A DNA stretch of 64,000 bases, taken from Candidatus Latescibacterota bacterium (GTDB lineage Bacteria > Latescibacterota > UBA2968). Below the pieces are notes generated by a model that saw only the letters and a list, made by a program, of their open reading frames with translations, was not told the DNA's origin and made no database searches. The translations under genes and the position numbers were made by a program. Location: contig OZ242195.1 in assembly GCA_965205975.1 (NCBI GenBank), positions 736,001 to 800,000 of the forward strand, read 5' to 3'. Below, one piece after another: positions 59,101-64,000 of this stretch; position 1 is the first letter of the stretch, and each line of letters opens with the position of its first letter.

Positions 59101-60447
59101 TCAGGATTGGAAAATCGTCCCGGGCCACGGGTATGCGTTGGATCCAGCATCATCGTCGATGGGGCCTTCCGGCAGTGTGGCTTGCCAATCCATGACCTGC
59201 TCTGACATCTGCTTGACCAGGGGCTCTTCAAATTTGGCGTGATTGACGAGTTCCATTGGGTCTGCGGGAATGTTGTAAAGTTCAACACGACTTCTGTCCG
59301 GGTTGAGAAGCAGCTTCCAGTCACCCTCGCGGATTGAAAGGATCGGGCTTTTGTGAAGGCAATGGCCGTGAACCCGAAATCGCCACTCCCACATCAACGG
59401 CGTCGTGCGATCTACTGAGTTACCTCGAAAGGCGGCTGTCATATCCTCGCCTTGCAGACCAATGTTGTCGGGAATTTCTACACCAGCGATAGAACAAAAA
59501 GTAGGCAACAGATCTACAGCACATAAGGGCGTCGTGTTGTCAACTTTGCCTTTTGGTCCGCCACTGCCTGGCCACCGAAGAATGAAAGGGGTTCGCACGC
59601 CGCCTTCGTAGAGGCTTCTTTTTCGACCTCGAAAGGGACCAGAAGAACCGACGCCACTGTGTGACGCATTTCGAACGTGGATATCCTCAGGGCCGTTGTC
59701 AGCTGAGAAGATGACAATCGTGTTGTCGGAAAGGCCCAGTTGGTCCAGCCGATCCATGAGCCGTCCAATGTGGTAATCTGCGTTGGTAACGACAGAATAG
59801 TAGATGCGTAGTGCACCTTTGTGTTTGTCTTCCAGGCCTTGAGCGGTAAAATTCATATAGGGTTCCATCTGCTCCTCTGTAGGATCCAGAGTGGCGTGGG
59901 TATCGAGCAACCACGCTTGAACAAAGAAAGGCTCATCCCGATGTCTTTCGATGAAGGATACGGTTTCATCTATAATTACCTCTGTAGATTGAGATCTGCC
60001 TTCGGGGGTCTCAATGGGGGGTCCGACCGCATTGAATGTTTTGGATTCGTCAATCCCATAAGCCGTGGTATCGGGTGCTTCTTCGCCCCTTCCCAGGTGC
60101 CACTTGCCAAAGTGTCCAACAGCATAGCCACTTTGTTGCAGGAGACCCGTGATGGTCGTTGCATCGGGATCCAACCAGTCTGGCATGCCGCGTTGGGCGT
60201 TCTGCTCGTGACCGGCAAAATGGCCATGTATGCCCCAGTGGGCAGGAAATCGACCCGTCATGACCGCTGCCCGGCTGGGTGAGCACACACCCGAGCACAC
60301 ATAGAATTGTGAGAAGAGAATACCCTGCGAAGCGAGCCGATCCAGATTTGGCGTTTTTACAAACTGGTGGCCGTAGCAACTCAAGTCACCCCACCCCCAA
60401 TCGTCGGCGAAGACAAATACGATATTGGGTCTTTTCGATTCAGCCAT
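59101..60447 (-). CDS. Sulfatase (N-acetylgalactosamine-6-sulfatase-like)
   Basis: ADDWG, CSPSR, GKWHLG, ADNG, YEGGVR. Confidence 0.92.
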   Translation of the reverse strand: MAESKRPNIVFVFADDWGWGDLSCYGHQFVKTPNLDRLASQGILFSQFYVCSGVCSPSRAAVMTGRFPAHWGIHGHFAGHEQNAQRGMPDWLDPDATTITGLLQQSGYAVGHFGKWHLGRGEEAPDTTAYGIDESKTFNAVGPPIETPEGRSQSTEVIIDETVSFIERHRDEPFFVQAWLLDTHATLDPTEEQMEPYMNFTAQGLEDKHKGALRIYYSVVTNADYHIGRLMDRLDQLGLSDNTIVIFSADNGPEDIHVRNASHSGVGSSGPFRGRKRSLYEGGVRTPFILRWPGSGGPKGKVDNTTPLCAVDLLPTFCSIAGVEIPDNIGLQGEDMTAAFRGNSVDRTTPLMWEWRFRVHGHCLHKSPILSIREGDWKLLLNPDRSRVELYNIPADPMELVNHAKFEEPLVKQMSEQVMDWQATLPEGPIDDDAGSNAYPWPGTIFQS

Positions 60448-60462
60448 TGCGATTCTCCTTTG

Positions 60463-60496
60463 TTGGATGGACTGGTTGCATAGGATGATCTCTTTA
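60463..60496 (-). repeat. Direct repeat C2: orphan PhyH start stub upstream of the sulfatase
   Basis: Copy of 56478-56511 with SD changed from AAGGAG to AAAGAG; encodes MQPVHPTKENRNG* overlapping the sulfatase ATG. Confidence 0.9.
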
Positions 60497-60504
60497 ATTT
60501 CGAT

Positions 60505-61653
60505 TCACGAGTTCAGTGCATTGCAGATGACGGCAGGTGGCGCAACTGTTACCGTTTCGCTCAAGGCAAACGGTGCACCTACTGGCGCGGCCACCCAGGA
60601 CTGATCCGGTTGGACATCGTCCAGCGCCGACCAGAAGCCGCGCTCGAGGCGGGGCGAGGACGATGCTTTGATCTCCACCGCGACGAGCTTATTTCTCCGT
60701 CGGATCAGCAGATCGATCTCAGCGCCAGCCGAGGTCCGGTAGAAGCTCAGTTCGGCGTCGGGCACCGCCGCGGCGATTTGCTCGATGACGTATCCTTCCC
60801 AGGAGTTGCCGCGAACCGGATGGCCATCCAGGTCGTCGAAAGAATCCAAACGCAGCAACCGGTGAAGGATGCCGGTATCTCTGAGATAAACACGGGGGCT
60901 CTTCACCAGGCGCTTCTTGACGTTGGCCGCGCAGGGCGAAAGCCGCCTTACCATGTAGGCCTGCTCAAGGATGCGGAGGTAATGTCCAACCGTCTTGCCC
61001 GTTACGCCCAGGGAAGAAGCCACTTTGGCGTGGTTCCACAGATCCCCGTGCAGGTGAGCGCACATCTCCCAGAATTGTCGCAGCGTTATCGCGGGTATGC
61101 GGATACCCAGTTGAGGAATGTCGCGTTCGAGAAACGTCTGGATGAAACTGTCCAGCCACGCCCGGCTCATTTCGTCTGATGGGGCTAGGTAGCTTCGCGG
61201 GAATCCGCCTCGTAGCCAGAGCCTTGACTGATTCTCCGCCCCGATCTCTTCTTCGATAAAGGGTGCCAGTTCGATGAAACCGATACGACCAGCGAGCGTC
61301 TCAGACGACTGCTGGAGCAGAGCTGGAGAAGCCGACCCCAGCACCATGAACTGTCCCGGAGAACCGGTCTCATCGCAAAGCCCGCGAAGTACGCGGAACA
61401 ATTCGGGGACGCGCTGGATCTCGTCGAGGCAGACGATGTGATCCCGATGGCGGCGGAGGTAATCTTCAGGCTCGACCAGACGTGCGACGTCGGAGGGGAG
61501 CTCAAGGTCGAGATAGTGTGACGCCGGCTGTTCAGCAAGCCACGTCTTGGCCAGGGTGGTCTTTCCACACTGGCGAGGCCCCAGAATTGCCGTGACAGGG
61601 AAGTACCTCGCGTATTCAGAGACCTTTGTCTGAATTTTTCTGTTGATGTTCAT
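60505..61653 (-). CDS. AAA_14/DUF4143 ATP-binding protein
   Basis: GPRQCGKTT, LDEIQ, GGFP, KSPRVYLRDTG, EIDL..VEIK. Confidence 0.92.
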   Translation of the reverse strand: MNINRKIQTKVSEYARYFPVTAILGPRQCGKTTLAKTWLAEQPASHYLDLELPSDVARLVEPEDYLRRHRDHIVCLDEIQRVPELFRVLRGLCDETGSPGQFMVLGSASPALLQQSSETLAGRIGFIELAPFIEEEIGAENQSRLWLRGGFPRSYLAPSDEMSRAWLDSFIQTFLERDIPQLGIRIPAITLRQFWEMCAHLHGDLWNHAKVASSLGVTGKTVGHYLRILEQAYMVRRLSPCAANVKKRLVKSPRVYLRDTGILHRLLRLDSFDDLDGHPVRGNSWEGYVIEQIAAAVPDAELSFYRTSAGAEIDLLIRRRNKLVAVEIKASSSPRLERGFWSALDDVQPDQSWVAAPVGAPFALSETVTVAPPAVICNALNS

Positions 61654-61654
61654 T

Positions 61655-61689
61655 CTTGTAATATGGGAGTCTATCTCCCGATTTGCAAG
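61655..61689 (-). promoter_or_regulatory. Leaderless promoter with overlapping imperfect palindrome
   Basis: TTGCAA-N17-CATATT-N6-ATG; inverted repeat CTTGTAATATGGGAG-N5-CTCCCGATTTGCAAG. Confidence 0.65.
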
Positions 61690-61700
61690 GATAAAACAAA

Positions 61701-61727
61701 GTAGGCGGTAAGCCTTTACGCCCCTAC
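61701..61727. repeat. GTAGGGGCG-type REP-like hairpin
   Basis: Minus strand GTAGGGGCGTAA-AGGC-TTACCGCCTAC. Confidence 0.55.
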
Positions 61728-61859
61728 GGTGCAGTTTTCAAACCTGGTGGCTTCGCTGGCAAAGCGATCCAGATGAGGTGTCGCTCCGACGGGATTGCCA
61801 TAGCATCCTAATGCGCGAGCGGCAAGATGCTCAATGGTGATCACCACAATGTTTTTCAT
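61716..61859 (-). pseudogene. 5' stub of a sulfatase, truncated at the REP-like element
   Basis: MKNIVVITIEHLAARALGCYGNPVGATPHLDRFASEATRFENCTVGA*; ends just before the expected CxPxR. Confidence 0.8.
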
Positions 61860-61939
61860 CTCTTATCCAGTCTCTGTGGATGTGTAAAAGGGCTGATCAC
61901 GATATTCGGGTAGGAACCGCTGTTGTTATCACCCATCAT
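61856..61939 (-). pseudogene. Second short sulfatase-like start stub
   Basis: MMGDNNSGSYPNIVISPFTHPQRLDKR*; TGATG overlap upstream and ATGA overlap downstream. Confidence 0.5.
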
Positions 61940-63246
61940 CACGATCCTTTCGCCCGTTGAAACCAGTCAATGAGTTGGCTTTTAAGATCGTTATAAATCT
62001 CAGGATATTGACTGGCCAAATCATTGGCTTCGCCAATATCCTGATCGAGCTTGTACAATTCAAATTGCAATTCTTCAATAGCCGGAATAGCCTCGGCAAA
62101 TTGCCCGCGATGATTAGGGCCTGTACCAACCAGTTTCCAATCGTCTTTTACCGCTCCCATTTTCCCAAACAAATCCCAAAACACATACCGCCCTGGCAAA
62201 TCTTCTTGCCCATGTGATCTCAAATGCGCAAGCAAACTCACTCCATGAACTGGATGCTGTCCATTCATTTTGGGAATCTCAATGCCAGCCGCATCCAGCA
62301 CAGTGGCAAACAAATCAAAATGCACAGCACCTGCATCAGATACCATCCCTTTGGGAATAACACCCGGCCACTGCATCACCGCAGGCACGCGGATTCCACC
62401 TTCATATGTCATTCCTTTTTGCCCGCGTAAAGGGCCATTATTGCCCGGAAATTTATCAATCATTGCACCATTATCGCTCAAGTAGATGACAAGTGTGTTA
62501 TCTACGATAGCCAACTCATGCAATGTCGCCATGATTTTACCCACACCATCATCCATATGATCCAGCACCGCAAAATAGTCGCGCTTGGGGAACTCAATAC
62601 CGCGATCTTCATACTTTTTTAACCACTCGGCTTTGCCCGATGTTTTGGGTGCCTGTTCTCGCCACAAGGGACCATGCACAGCATTGTAAGGCACATAACA
62701 AAAAAACGGCTTATCACGATGTTTCCGAATAAAGTCAATCGCATAACCAGTAAACACATCCGTCAAATGATCTTCATGCACCAGGGGCTGGTCATTGTGC
62801 AAAAGGCGACTACCATCAAAAGGCCAATAGGGGTGTGCACCACCCAAAAATCCGACAAATTCTTCAAAACCGCGTTCATTGGGCACATTGGGTGCATCAT
62901 ATCCCAAATGCCACTTGCCAAACATGCCAGTTTTATATCCTGCTTCCTTCAAAAACTCGGGCAAAAGTTTTACATCATCATGAATGCGCCTTGGCAACGT
63001 ATCTGTTTTCTGCCCCGGCAGTGATGGGCCACGCCACATGCCGCATTCCAAAGAATACTGCCCAGAAAAAAGAGATGCACGCGTTGGCGCACAAAGTGGA
63101 TTGACCCTCAACTGTGTAAAACGCACCCCATTTTTTGCAATCGCATCCATCGTTGGTGTATCGACCTCTGTATCCCAATAACAACCCGCATCTCCATACC
63201 CCTGATCGTCTGTAACAATGATGAGAAAATTTGGTTTTGTGGCCAT
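61939..63246 (-). CDS. Arylsulfatase
   Basis: PNFLIIVTDDQG, CAPTR, GKWHLG, SDNG, YEGGIR. Confidence 0.92.
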   Translation of the reverse strand: MATKPNFLIIVTDDQGYGDAGCYWDTEVDTPTMDAIAKNGVRFTQLRVNPLCAPTRASLFSGQYSLECGMWRGPSLPGQKTDTLPRRIHDDVKLLPEFLKEAGYKTGMFGKWHLGYDAPNVPNERGFEEFVGFLGGAHPYWPFDGSRLLHNDQPLVHEDHLTDVFTGYAIDFIRKHRDKPFFCYVPYNAVHGPLWREQAPKTSGKAEWLKKYEDRGIEFPKRDYFAVLDHMDDGVGKIMATLHELAIVDNTLVIYLSDNGAMIDKFPGNNGPLRGQKGMTYEGGIRVPAVMQWPGVIPKGMVSDAGAVHFDLFATVLDAAGIEIPKMNGQHPVHGVSLLAHLRSHGQEDLPGRYVFWDLFGKMGAVKDDWKLVGTGPNHRGQFAEAIPAIEELQFELYKLDQDIGEANDLASQYPEIYNDLKSQLIDWFQRAKGS

Positions 63247-63251
63247 AATGA

Positions 63252-64000
63252 TCATTCCTTGAGTGCGGCAGCATCCTCAGCGATCCACTCTTCCCATCTT
63301 TCTTCGTCGGGTTGCATAAATCCACTGTTGGCTCGCCGAAATACATTTGCATCTTCGCCCAGGAGGCGCAGTAGTCGACGATTGCCAGTCTCTCGTGCTC
63401 GCGCTTTGACTGCTTGAGAAATTGGGCCTGAATAATTGGCTCTGTGTTTAAGCCAGGAGTGATTCATCGTTAAAAAGAAAAGGTATCGGTATTCCTTTGA
63501 GTAATTGGCCGTTCCCGAGTGTACTATCGCATTGTGAAATACGGCGATATCTCCAGATTTGGGATAAAGGATGACTTCGTCGGGGTGGGGTTGCTTTCTT
63601 TCTTCTTGTGTTAAAGATATTGCCTTCATGTGAGAACCTGGAATAATACGCAGGGGGCCAATTTCATCATCGAGATCCTGCAAATAGCTCAGAGCATTGA
63701 AGAGTAAGGGCCTTTGGTAGATGCCTTCTTGAGGAAACTCGGCGAACATGTCCCGGTGAAAACCCAGTACCGGGTTTGTGTTTGGGTCCTGTGGTGCCGT
63801 GCGCCGATATGTGATGGATTCGAGCTGGACATGCGGGCCCACGATCATTTCACAAAAATCCAATAGGCGATCATTTTGTAAGGCCGAAAGAATGAGATCG
63901 GGTTTGTGTTCGAGCACATCGACAAAGACCTGGGGTCGGCTGCCATCGGGATTGGGGAGGCGATCACCGATTTCTTCAAATGAATTTCGCATGGCTTTGA
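63252..64000 (-). CDS. PhyH-family dioxygenase (probably 5'-partial)
   Basis: FHRD, GPLRIIPGSH, IVHSG; frame stays open to the window edge. Confidence 0.85.
   Translation of the reverse strand, partial: KAMRNSFEEIGDRLPNPDGSRPQVFVDVLEHKPDLILSALQNDRLLDFCEMIVGPHVQLESITYRRTAPQDPNTNPVLGFHRDMFAEFPQEGIYQRPLLFNALSYLQDLDDEIGPLRIIPGSHMKAISLTQEERKQPHPDEVILYPKSGDIAVFHNAIVHSGTANYSKEYRYLFFLTMNHSWLKHRANYSGPISQAVKARARETGNRRLLRLLGEDANVFRRANSGFMQPDEERWEEWIAEDAAALKE

Noticed and set aside
7930..63992. Fe/2OG halogenases among the PhyH genes
   Set aside because: All nine keep the HxD...H triad; none shows the HxA/G substitution.
7900..64000. Integron cassette array
   Set aside because: No tyrosine recombinase and no paired RYYYAAC...GTTRRRY attC structures seen; GTCTAAC at 17209 has no partner. 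IntegronFinder would be decisive.
1..64000. CRISPR array, tRNA or rRNA
   Set aside because: No regularly spaced repeats or recognisable structural RNA genes noticed by eye.

Overview
Accessory, mosaic region of a bacterial genome. Gene content resembles marine or sponge-associated Latescibacterota/Poribacteria-type genomes, which is an inference only. 1-6.7 kb: type I restriction-modification locus (end of hsdM, hsdS split by an IS630 element, hsdR, M48 peptidase), then a leaderless higBA toxin-antitoxin pair. 7.9-19.4 kb (+) and 19.5-64 kb (-): two long co-oriented arrays of catabolic genes, with 9 PhyH-type Fe/2OG dioxygenases, 8 sulfatases, enolases, C-N hydrolases, glycosidases and an RND pump. 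Two signals stand out. (1) A DriD/PafBC-like WYL regulator module at 27-32 kb. Two matching GCGAC-N7-GTCGC boxes, each forming a TGTCGC-N10-TANNNT promoter, drive a PD-(D/E)XK nuclease and a double-AAA ATPase. This is a candidate ssDNA-induced defence or damage regulon. (2) The arrays are full of gene stubs and internally deleted genes. Three PhyH translation-initiation regions (RBS plus first codons) are duplicated as direct repeats around 3-11 kb blocks, which suggests integrase-free gene turnover by recombination at gene starts. No CRISPR array, tRNA/rRNA, integron integrase or attC site was recognised.
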